NCBI GenBank assembly: GCA_002477545.1
Contig: DLQJ01000007.1
Span: forward strand, 87,188 to 151,187
Length of the DNA: 64,000 bases
Direction of reading: 5' to 3'
From: Patescibacteria group bacterium UBA7435
GTDB taxonomy: Bacteria > Patescibacteriota > Minisyncoccia > Phycocordibacterales > UBA918
Shown piece after piece: positions 19,421-28,256 of this stretch (the first letter of the stretch is position 1; each line of letters starts with the position of its first letter). A program made the position numbers and the translations under genes. The notes beneath the pieces were generated by a model. The model was not told where the DNA came from. It worked only from the letters and a program-made list of their open reading frames with translations, and did no database searches.

Positions 19421-22195
19421 CTACATCATACCAAATGGATCGTCGATTTTGACTTCTGGTTTTTGATAACGCTGTGCGATATCTGCCTCAACCTCAGCTC
19501 TGGGCTTCCCGTACTTCTGGTAACTCATCTCGATCATTCGTGCAACTCGTGCATGATCAGTATCCTGTGGCGCATGCGTTGCCATACTAAATGGCTTTGT
19601 TGGAGTTCCATTGGCAAGTACTCGCATATACGCAGTACGATTAGGTACATTCATTAAGTCAGCACTTTCAAACGTTGGTGCAAATTGAGATTCAAGATAC
19701 TGTGCGTCCTCAGGTCCCGTACGGAACACCGCCATGGATCCAACGTTTCCAAATACTGCGTCTTTAATATCTTCATCAAGCTGTGCAATAAACTGGTGTG
19801 CAACGGTAAGACCAAGTTTATATTTTCGGGCTTCTGAGAGAATTGCGGAAATAGAATTTGTTGAAATATTCTGGAACTCATCCATGTGTAAGTAGAAGTC
19901 AGGGAAGCTCTTGGTAGGATCATCTACGCGCGAAAGAGCAGCCATAAGAATTTTTCCCACCATAATCATACCAATGAGATTCGCATTGATTTCACCAAGC
20001 CGTCCCTTTGAAAGATTTACCAACAGAATTTTCTTTTGATCCATCACCTCACGGAAATCAAACGCTGATTTCTGCTGTCCAATAATTGGACGCATGTAAT
20101 CGTTCGCGGTGAAGACATCAAATTTTGAAACAATGTAGGGCACAATATTTTCAAGTGAGGCTTCCCCTCCTGCCTTAGTTGCAATCTCCCTCCAGAACTG
20201 GACCACCACAGGGTTCTTAGCTTTCTCAAGTTTCATGCGACGGAATTTCGCATCAACCATGACGCGTGAGATGTCCATCAACGTACTTCCACTATCAGGA
20301 TCCTCCATAACCAACAATGTTGCATTACGAAAGTACTGCTCAAACATAGGACCCATGGATTCTGGATTTCCTCCATACAACTTTTGGAATATAGAAAAGA
20401 GTTCATTCACCACAAAGGTCTTCTGCTCAGGCTTATTAATATCGTATTCAAGCATATTAAACCCAACCACACGGTCCATACGTGACGGGTCAAAATAAAT
20501 CACGTCCTTCTCACGTTCAGGTGGAATTGAGCTCAAAATATCTTCAATATCCGTTCCATGAGGATCGATCATACACACCCCAGCTCCAGAAGCGATGTCT
20601 TGCGTGATCATGTTCTTCATCAATGTCGTCTTTCCTGTTCCTGTCTGTCCAATGATATAGAAGTGACGCAGTCGATCTTCTTGCGAAATGTATACAGGCC
20701 GATCAGAACCACGGTGCGAGTTGGTCCCAAGTAGCGTTCCGTCATGAGGCATCTCACTTGGTGCAGCAGCTGTCTTTGCGCGTGATTGCTTAAATTCGGG
20801 AGATGAATCAATGCCATCTGCAGGAAAGTGAACCATCGTCGCAAGCTCAATCAAAGAAAGAGGTAACGCACGCTTTGTTAAAAATTCACGAAATGAGAAG
20901 GCTTTTATTTCACGTTGCAGAGCCGTGCCTGAAAGATGTGTAAACGTAACCTTGTTTCCCCGTGTGTGCTCAAACTGATTAAAAGTAGCTTCAACCTCAC
21001 TAAGAATTTGCGTAGCTCGTGCACCATCTTTTGCCGAAACAGCAACACGAATATTTGCTTCGACAATCGGTGCAGTTCGTTTTTCTGAAAAGAGATCAAT
21101 AACGTCTTGGTCAGATTGTGCAGTAGGAAGGTGTTCGTCATTTTCTTTTTTCTTAGCACTCCCAGACACTAAGTCCTTCACACTCACAAACATGTCCCCA
21201 CTAAACGTACTACGTGCGATAGCTTCCTTAACCTTCATTCCTTTCTCAACACGCTTGATGATTCCTTCGTACTGCCCTTTGTATTTACCAGGCGCAGTTT
21301 TGATAACCACTTGTAGTGCAGCACCTCCTCCATCTTTCTCTATTTTTGAAAATGCGTTTAGAAGTACTGCAAACGGATCAGTTTCAAAATTTTCTTTTGA
21401 ACGAATTGGGTAAATTGGATGCTTAGCAAGCTTCGCCACTGCAACTTTGGAAGTCCCGCCTTCAACAAAGACATTGTAATCGTGTTTTTGTTCGGTAAGA
21501 ACCACGTCTGGGTAGAGGGAGAGAATCTGTTTTTGGAACAAGTCTATATATTGCGTTGGTATTGCCACATAAAAAATGATGTGATCACTCCCCTCTGGCG
21601 TGGCAACTTCAAGTACATAATGCTCATTTTTAGTATGTTGCCCTATAGCCTGCATTCCTGCATAAAATTGTTCCATCATGCCAAACAGCTCAGAGAGTTG
21701 TTGCTCATGTCCCTCTTTAGTGCGTATTTCAGGAAGTGCAACTTCAAAGAGTGTCATATGCAAAATATGCCATGGCGCAATGCCTTCTTTTAAATCCTGC
21801 ATTTGTGCACCTTCCTTAATAAGTTCAACTAAACGTCGATGTACCTCATCGGTTTCAAATGGGTTGTTACTCTTCTCCAGGACAGACAGTGCGTTGTGAA
21901 TTCCCTTTTCAAGTGCCAGTTGCAGCACTTCTTCAACAACATTGGTAGACGTAGTAATGTGCTCTGCGTGAGAAGTCACATCTTCGGGCTCCATTTGATG
22001 CTCAGAAGATAAAACCGTATTTGGGGTAAATGTGCCATATTCAAAAAGCTCCTGCTTTCCCACCGTTTCGAGTTCAAGTGTATCGGCCTCTGGAGCACGG
22101 TCTAAAAGCGTTCGCTCTTTCTCAGCGATCTGTTGACGTAAGTATGAAATTTCCTCCTCGGGAGAAGAAAATTGCTTGGGAACACCCTCGAGCAT
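19421..22195 (-). CDS. FtsK/HerA/TraD-VirD4-superfamily P-loop NTPase with a large novel N-terminal domain
   Basis: 924 aa; Walker A GQTGTGKTT; Walker B LHMDEFQ; ARKYKLGLTVAHQFIAQL translocase motif; ~480-aa N-terminal domain with no TM. Confidence 0.65.
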   Translation of the reverse strand: MLEGVPKQFSSPEEEISYLRQQIAEKERTLLDRAPEADTLELETVGKQELFEYGTFTPNTVLSSEHQMEPEDVTSHAEHITTSTNVVEEVLQLALEKGIHNALSVLEKSNNPFETDEVHRRLVELIKEGAQMQDLKEGIAPWHILHMTLFEVALPEIRTKEGHEQQLSELFGMMEQFYAGMQAIGQHTKNEHYVLEVATPEGSDHIIFYVAIPTQYIDLFQKQILSLYPDVVLTEQKHDYNVFVEGGTSKVAVAKLAKHPIYPIRSKENFETDPFAVLLNAFSKIEKDGGGAALQVVIKTAPGKYKGQYEGIIKRVEKGMKVKEAIARSTFSGDMFVSVKDLVSGSAKKKENDEHLPTAQSDQDVIDLFSEKRTAPIVEANIRVAVSAKDGARATQILSEVEATFNQFEHTRGNKVTFTHLSGTALQREIKAFSFREFLTKRALPLSLIELATMVHFPADGIDSSPEFKQSRAKTAAAPSEMPHDGTLLGTNSHRGSDRPVYISQEDRLRHFYIIGQTGTGKTTLMKNMITQDIASGAGVCMIDPHGTDIEDILSSIPPEREKDVIYFDPSRMDRVVGFNMLEYDINKPEQKTFVVNELFSIFQKLYGGNPESMGPMFEQYFRNATLLVMEDPDSGSTLMDISRVMVDAKFRRMKLEKAKNPVVVQFWREIATKAGGEASLENIVPYIVSKFDVFTANDYMRPIIGQQKSAFDFREVMDQKKILLVNLSKGRLGEINANLIGMIMVGKILMAALSRVDDPTKSFPDFYLHMDEFQNISTNSISAILSEARKYKLGLTVAHQFIAQLDEDIKDAVFGNVGSMAVFRTGPEDAQYLESQFAPTFESADLMNVPNRTAYMRVLANGTPTKPFSMATHAPQDTDHARVARMIEMSYQKYGKPRAEVEADIAQRYQKPEVKIDDPFGMM

Positions 22196-22198
22196 ATC

Positions 22199-22240
22199 TC
22201 CCTCTATTATAGGTGCTTAGTACGTAAATGACGTAGAGTG
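22199..22240 (-). promoter_or_regulatory. putative promoter of the ATPase operon (leaderless)
   Basis: Minus-strand TATAAT (plus 22206-22211) lies 10 nt from the ATG at 22195; weak -35 TTTACG. Confidence 0.3.
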
Positions 22241-22361
22241 TAAGTGGAAAAGAAATAACGATGCAGGATTGCGCCGTTATAATTCACAAAGATGAAGGCA
22301 TACATCATTGCGGGCGTGAGTTCAACAATCTAGCCATCATCTCACCATCAAACTCTCAATT

Positions 22362-23375
22362 TTACCGCTTCGTTAGGATTGTGCGCTTGTAGGTGTCTAG
22401 ATGTTCCAGAGCCACCCCAGTCCCCTTCGCGACACAAAACAGTGCCTGATCTGCAAGAAGTGCTTTCACTCCGGTACGGCGTCGGATCAATTCTGGAAAA
22501 TTCCGTAACTGTGACGTTCCTCCAGTCATAATAATTCCGTTGTCAATAATGTCTGCAGCAAGCTCAGGTGGTGTTTCTTGAAAAACATCCTTAATTGCCT
22601 TAACCATTTCTCGTAGTTCTCGCGAGATCGCACGCACAATTTCATTAGTTTTGATTTCTGTAGTTCGCGGTAGACCCGAAAGTAAGTCCCGTCCCTTAAT
22701 ATCCATAGTGATCTCTTCCTCAAGTGGCAACGCTGAACCCACCTTAATCTTTATGTCTTCCGCAGTTTTTTCTCCAATAGCAAGATTTCGCGTTTTCTTT
22801 ACATAATCAATGATCGCTGCGTCAATTCGGTTTCCTGCGCACTTTACTGAGTTCGCAGCCACAATACCGCCAAGTGAAATCACCGCAACATCGATTGTCC
22901 CTCCACCTATATCTACAATCATATGTCCCTGCGCTTCATATATAGGCACTCCCGCACCAATAGCAGCGAGAATTGGCTCCTTCACCACGTATGCATTTTT
23001 TGCACCAGCTTTTGCTGCTGCTTCTACTACCGCACGCTTTTCTGTAGAAGAAACTCCAGCTGGTACGGACACCATCACTTCAGGTCGAAAAATATTGTAT
23101 TTACTAAGTGTCTTCTTAAGAAAGTACCGGAGCATTGCTTCAGTCACTCGGTAGTCAGCAATCACTCCATCCTTCATAGGTCGGTACGCACGGATACTTT
23201 CCGGAGTTCGTCCAATCATACGCTTTGCTTCAGCACCTACAGCAAGCACCTGATTATCGTCAGAGACCGCCACCACTGACGGTTCGTTAAGTACCACTCC
23301 CTCACCAGGAACAAACACCAGTACATTAGTTGTACCTAAATCAATCCCAAGTTTTGGAGTAAATGATGAAAACAT
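22362..23375 (-). CDS. mreB: MreB paralog (actin-like ATPase)
   Basis: 337 aa; GIDLGTTN, DGVIADY, DIGGGT, MTGGTS motifs; second copy, 10.5 kb from the first. Confidence 0.85.
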   Translation of the reverse strand: MFSSFTPKLGIDLGTTNVLVFVPGEGVVLNEPSVVAVSDDNQVLAVGAEAKRMIGRTPESIRAYRPMKDGVIADYRVTEAMLRYFLKKTLSKYNIFRPEVMVSVPAGVSSTEKRAVVEAAAKAGAKNAYVVKEPILAAIGAGVPIYEAQGHMIVDIGGGTIDVAVISLGGIVAANSVKCAGNRIDAAIIDYVKKTRNLAIGEKTAEDIKIKVGSALPLEEEITMDIKGRDLLSGLPRTTEIKTNEIVRAISRELREMVKAIKDVFQETPPELAADIIDNGIIMTGGTSQLRNFPELIRRRTGVKALLADQALFCVAKGTGVALEHLDTYKRTILTKR

Positions 23376-23398
23376 TGAGCCTCAATAGTAGCCTGTTT

Positions 23399-23435
23399 TA
23401 GGAAAAAGAAAAGGGCGGATTAAGTATCCGCCCTT
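23399..23435 (-). terminator. rho-independent terminator
   Basis: aagggcggat-taagt-atccgccctt, T-tract on the minus strand. Confidence 0.7.
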
Positions 23436-23444
23436 ATCGTCAAA

Positions 23445-23666
23445 CTACGCAGCTTTATGTTTTCTTAAGACCTCGTCGAAGGTCCCCTTACAAACCAAAA
23501 AATTTACTGCGTCGGTTGTTTTAGAAGCAGTAAGATCAGCTGCAACTACAACACAAGCTTCTTCAGAAAATTTCCCGTTCGTATCAACAGGAAATAAATT
23601 TTTTCCGTTATTTTCATCACGCACTACACACCATATTTCCTGTGCTACATCACTACCATCATCCAT
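23445..23666 (-). CDS. hypothetical small protein (73 aa)
   Basis: ORF with its own terminator. Confidence 0.4.
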   Translation of the reverse strand: MDDGSDVAQEIWCVVRDENNGKNLFPVDTNGKFSEEACVVVAADLTASKTTDAVNFLVCKGTFDEVLRKHKAA

Positions 23667-23763
23667 TTTTCTACCTCCGAATCTGTAATGAAAAGACTAT
23701 ACCACAATATTTTTGATAGAGCAATTAATACTGTATATAGCGTTTGTGCTATAGTGCAGATAT

Positions 23764-25263
23764 ATGGATAATATTGGAAATCGAATCGCTTCCCTGCGCG
23801 AACAGGCACGCTTTACACAATCTGTCTTAGCAGAAAAAATCGGCACCACACAAAGTGCGGTGGCACGAATGGAAACAGGAAATCAAAATATCTCAACTGA
23901 AATGGTACGAAAAATAAGCAAAGCGTTAAATAAAAATCTCTTGACCGGAACACCTGGATCAGTAAATCTTCAAATTGAAGGTGGGGAGACGCTCTCGGGA
24001 ACTATCCAAACCAATACTTCGAAAAACGGTGCGGTTGGTCTTTTGTGTGCGTCATTACTAAATACAGGAACTACTACCCTACGTCGTATGCCTCGTATTG
24101 AAGAAGTATATCGCTTGATCGAAGTGCTTGAGAGTATCGATGTAAAAATCGAATGGGAGGGTGATCTAATGAAAATTACCCCACCGAAGAAATTCGATCT
24201 TTCGAAGATCAACGTAGAAGCAGCCCGCCGCACACGAAGTATCGTAATGTTTATTGGTCCACTAATGCATCACCTTAAAAAGTTCTCACTTCCACAATCG
24301 GGAGGTTGTAAACTTGGCAGTCGAACAGTGAGACCTCACTTCTACGCACTTGAACACTTTGGTGTGAATATCGAAACAACTGAGGACGCATTTGAAGTAA
24401 CTGCATCACCCGTATGTCCAAGTGAAATTATTCTCTACGAATCAGGTGATACGGTAACTGAAAATGCACTTTTTGCTGCAGCACTCTCCCCGTGCACAAC
24501 GACGATTAAATACTGTTCGGCGAACTATATGGTACAAGAAATGTGTGCCTTCCTTATTGCATGCGGGGTAAAAATTGAAGGAGTTGGAACCACAACACTT
24601 ACCATAACAGGTATACCTGAACTGGCACTGGATATTGAATACACACTGGCAGAAGATCCAACCGACTCGATGTTCTTCATTGCAACTGCGATTGTTACCA
24701 ACTCAGAACTCACTATCACACGTTGCCCTATTGATTTCCTTGAACTTGAGCTTCTGAAGCTTGGGAAGATGGGATTCAAATACACGCAATCAGAACCGTA
24801 TCTCAGTGATAATGGACTAACGCGTTTAGTAGACCTTGTAACCAAACCCTCTAAACTCACCTCACTGCACGAAAAAGTGTACGCTCGACCTTACCCAGGT
24901 CTGAATATCGATAACCTTCCCTTCTTTGCAGTTATTGCAACCCAAGCGGATGGGCAAACGCTCATCCATGATTGGGTATATGAAAAACGAGCAATTTACT
25001 TCACTGAACTTGATAAGCTCGGAGCTGAAACCATGCTTGCTGATCCACATCGCATCTACATCACCGGACCAACAAAACTACGAGCAAACGAGCTCGTATG
25101 CCCTCCTGCACTACGTCCTGCAACCATTCTGCTTATCGGAATGCTTGGCGCAACCGGAACATCAGTACTGCGTAATATCTATAGTATCAATCGAGGATAT
25201 GAAAATCTTGTAGAGCGCTTGCAGTCACTTGGTGCGAAGGTGTCGTATCTTGAGGAATTTTAA
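23764..25263 (+). CDS. murA: XRE-family HTH domain fused to UDP-N-acetylglucosamine 1-carboxyvinyltransferase
   Basis: N-terminal ~60 aa is a Cro/C1 HTH; remainder aligns to full MurA including the catalytic Cys (GGCKLGSR) and C-terminal RGYENL. Confidence 0.85.
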   Translation: MDNIGNRIASLREQARFTQSVLAEKIGTTQSAVARMETGNQNISTEMVRKISKALNKNLLTGTPGSVNLQIEGGETLSGTIQTNTSKNGAVGLLCASLLNTGTTTLRRMPRIEEVYRLIEVLESIDVKIEWEGDLMKITPPKKFDLSKINVEAARRTRSIVMFIGPLMHHLKKFSLPQSGGCKLGSRTVRPHFYALEHFGVNIETTEDAFEVTASPVCPSEIILYESGDTVTENALFAAALSPCTTTIKYCSANYMVQEMCAFLIACGVKIEGVGTTTLTITGIPELALDIEYTLAEDPTDSMFFIATAIVTNSELTITRCPIDFLELELLKLGKMGFKYTQSEPYLSDNGLTRLVDLVTKPSKLTSLHEKVYARPYPGLNIDNLPFFAVIATQADGQTLIHDWVYEKRAIYFTELDKLGAETMLADPHRIYITGPTKLRANELVCPPALRPATILLIGMLGATGTSVLRNIYSINRGYENLVERLQSLGAKVSYLEEF

Positions 25264-25287
25264 GAAATTGATGGCAACACAACAACA

Positions 25288-25325
25288 AAAGACCCGAAAG
25301 TCGAAGACTTTCGGGTCTTTTGTTA
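25288..25325 (+). terminator. rho-independent terminator
   Basis: gacccgaaagtc-gaa-gactttcgggtc then TTTTGTT. Confidence 0.8.
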
Positions 25326-25338
25326 TACTACCTATATT

Positions 25339-27225
25339 ATGTTTATTATCGAAGTGATTCCCCTATCTCGTGCTGGCATGATCGAATCACTTTCGTACTA
25401 CTGCGCTACAGCCTATCCTATAGGATCGTTCATCAGTGTCCCTGTGCGCAAAAAAGAAATCCAAGGTGTAGTTATTGGCACCAAACCTGTGTCTGCAGCA
25501 AAAACTGCCATCCGTGCAGCGACTTTTTCACTAAAAAAAATAGCTACTGTAGAAAACCCACCAGCGCTCCCAAAGAGCCTTATGGAAACCGCGCAAGAAC
25601 TCGCAAAAAATACCCCTGCACATATAGGAAGCATTCTCTTTGCATTACTGCCCCCTGATGTACGTTCTGGTGTACGCGAATACCCATACAGCACTAACTA
25701 CAGCAACAACGAAAGTTACACTCCATCGATTCTCACCGGAGTATCTAATGATCGTTTCATCTCGTATCGTAGCCATATACGTCAATGTTTTGCACATCGT
25801 GGATCAGTACTATTTGTTGTACCAACCTCAGCCTCCGTACACAGCGCAAAGGCAGCACTTGAAAACGGCATCGAAAAACGGGTGGTTACCTTCTCGAGCA
25901 CTCACACAAAGAAACAGATTGAAAAATCCTATGAAGCGTTCTCTGATTTAAGTACCGCAAAACTTATTATCACCACACCAAATTTTGCATTCTTAGACCG
26001 TCATGACATCACCAGTATTATTGTTGAAGAATGTGGATCTAATCATTACAAAACACGAACGCGCCCTTATCTAGATGCACGCGAGATCCTTAAGACGTAT
26101 GCCAAGGTAACAAAGCGGACTATCTTAATGGGAGATATACTACCTCGCACTGAAGAAGAAGCACTACGCCGCGATGACGTATACGAAACTCATGATGAAC
26201 ACCCCAAGCGATTAAGTATTGAAAGTTCCTTTACTGTTAGTGAACACGAAAAAACGGAAAGGGTAAAAGAATTTGCAATCTTTACACCTGAGCTTATTGA
26301 TTCTGTTAATCGAACTATCAAGGCCAAAGGAAGTGTATTCCTTTTTGCCGCTCGAAAAGGCCTTGCTCCATTGATAACCTGCTATGACTGTAGTCACATT
26401 TTCCGGTGCCCTGATTCAGGAGCTCCATACTCACTACTGCAGACCTATGAAAAAGGCGAAGAAAAACGTTGGTTCTTCTCATCTACCTCAGGAAAGAAAG
26501 TACGTGCTGACGATACTTGCCCGAAGTGTGGCTCGTGGCGCTTGCGTGAGCAAGGTATCGGCATTCAACAAGTAGTCATGCAAGCTCGAAAGTACTTTAA
26601 GGATGTGCCGTTGACCATCTTCGACCACACTTCAGCAACTACACATGTAAAAGCTAAGAGACTCACGAAACAATTTTATGAAGAGAAAGGTGCAATCATG
26701 ATTGGTACCACTATGGCGTTACCGTATCTCACCAAACCCGTAACTATCACCGCAGTTACATCATACGAAGCAGCACGCGCAATACCTACTTGGCGTGCAG
26801 AAGAAACATTGCTCAGTCTTCTGTTGACCTTGCGAGAAAAAACAACTAACGAATGTTTTGTACAAACGCGAACTGATCCTGATCAGCTTCTAAAATATGC
26901 AGGACGTGGATTAATTGACGAGTTCTATACCGAAGAGATCATGATGCGTCAGGTTCTTTCCTACCCTCCCTATGCCGTTTTCATTCTCCTTACGTGGGTA
27001 GGTACCCCAGAACAAATTCGTGAAGCAGAGGGATATATACAAACACAAATTCTCGGACATGAGATGCAGTGTTACAACGCACCTACTGTAACTACCAAGG
27101 GAATCACACGCTACGGGTTGATCCGTATTGCAAAAGAAGACTATCCTGACGCAAAACTTATCGATCAGTTGCGTCAACTTCCTCCTTCGGTAAAAATTGA
27201 GATTAATCCTGATAAAATTATTTAA
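25339..27225 (+). CDS. priA: PriA-like primosomal protein with degenerate helicase motifs
   Basis: PriA 3'-DNA-binding N-terminus and C-terminal domain present. Walker A absent, Walker B is EECG, no Arg finger; priA-def-fmt synteny. Confidence 0.6.
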   Translation: MFIIEVIPLSRAGMIESLSYYCATAYPIGSFISVPVRKKEIQGVVIGTKPVSAAKTAIRAATFSLKKIATVENPPALPKSLMETAQELAKNTPAHIGSILFALLPPDVRSGVREYPYSTNYSNNESYTPSILTGVSNDRFISYRSHIRQCFAHRGSVLFVVPTSASVHSAKAALENGIEKRVVTFSSTHTKKQIEKSYEAFSDLSTAKLIITTPNFAFLDRHDITSIIVEECGSNHYKTRTRPYLDAREILKTYAKVTKRTILMGDILPRTEEEALRRDDVYETHDEHPKRLSIESSFTVSEHEKTERVKEFAIFTPELIDSVNRTIKAKGSVFLFAARKGLAPLITCYDCSHIFRCPDSGAPYSLLQTYEKGEEKRWFFSSTSGKKVRADDTCPKCGSWRLREQGIGIQQVVMQARKYFKDVPLTIFDHTSATTHVKAKRLTKQFYEEKGAIMIGTTMALPYLTKPVTITAVTSYEAARAIPTWRAEETLLSLLLTLREKTTNECFVQTRTDPDQLLKYAGRGLIDEFYTEEIMMRQVLSYPPYAVFILLTWVGTPEQIREAEGYIQTQILGHEMQCYNAPTVTTKGITRYGLIRIAKEDYPDAKLIDQLRQLPPSVKIEINPDKII

Positions 27226-27287
27226 TTATTGACATACCAACTAATTAGTGTTTAATTATGCTAGTAGAAGAAAGTTAGGAGAATGCA

Positions 27288-27653
27288 GTGCAGTTTGAAA
27301 AATTTCGTCTCGAAATAATCGTTCCTTATCACGGTGAAATGAAAGGCATCAAAAAAGCTATCTTCGTCGGCTTGGTGGACTTATATGTTACCCAAATACC
27401 GCGTATCGGAGAATTAATTAACACTGAAAATCTTACTTTCCCTGGATTTTCTGGTGATTTGATTGTGACAACAATTGAACACACCCCACTTTTGGCTGAA
27501 TCTAAATTAAGTATTGATAGGCCTCATATCTGGGTTACAGCACAACTCGAGAATGAAGAAAGGGCAGACACGAAGGAGATTTACGACTACTTAGAAAAAA
27601 ACGATAAATCTACCGAGAAAGATCGTCATTGGGAGTATTCAGGTGACCAATAG
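27288..27653 (+). CDS. hypothetical protein (121 aa), GTG start
   Basis: AGGAG SD 9 nt upstream of the GTG. Confidence 0.45.
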   Translation: MQFEKFRLEIIVPYHGEMKGIKKAIFVGLVDLYVTQIPRIGELINTENLTFPGFSGDLIVTTIEHTPLLAESKLSIDRPHIWVTAQLENEERADTKEIYDYLEKNDKSTEKDRHWEYSGDQ

Positions 27654-27665
27654 GTTGTGTCAGTC

Positions 27666-27698
27666 AGAAAAGGCTGTTCACAGCCTTTTCTTTTTTAT
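27666..27698 (+). terminator. rho-independent terminator
   Basis: aggctg-ttca-cagcct then TTTCTTTTTT. Confidence 0.75.
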
Positions 27699-27725
27699 AT
27701 TAAAACGTTATAGTACCAATCATAT

Positions 27726-28256
27726 ATGGCTACACTCGTCCCAGAAAATCACCCAGTACTACATGCTATTGCGGAAGAAGTAACGCAGAAGGAAATTGAG
27801 AATGGTTTTGTAGACAAGTTGATTAAAGACATGAAAAAGGCACTCAAAAGTTACAGTGTCGATGGTTTTACTGCGGTTGCAATTGCTGCGCCCCAAATTG
27901 GCGTATCAAAGCGCGTATTTATTATCGAAGATCAGAGCAATGATCGCGATGCACTTCCCTCTTTTGCTGCAATAAATCCTCAGATTATAAAGACCTCAAA
28001 GAAAACACACATCGTTGGGGAAGGATGTCTGTCACTGCCTGAAATGTACGGAGAGGTAAAACGGCACAAGAATGTCACCATGCGGGCACTGGATGAAAAC
28101 GGAAACGTCTTTGAACGTGGTGCTGGTGGACTACTCGCTCAAATCATCCAACACGAAAACAATCACCTGGACGGAATTCTCTTTATCGACATTGCCGAAA
28201 AGGTGTATTCAAAAGAAGAGATGAAAAAACGTGGGTTAAGTGAAGCTAAAGGATAA
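27726..28256 (+). CDS. def: peptide deformylase
   Basis: GIAAPQIG-like, EGCLS, QHENNHL (HExxH) motifs. Confidence 0.9.
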   Translation: MATLVPENHPVLHAIAEEVTQKEIENGFVDKLIKDMKKALKSYSVDGFTAVAIAAPQIGVSKRVFIIEDQSNDRDALPSFAAINPQIIKTSKKTHIVGEGCLSLPEMYGEVKRHKNVTMRALDENGNVFERGAGGLLAQIIQHENNHLDGILFIDIAEKVYSKEEMKKRGLSEAKG

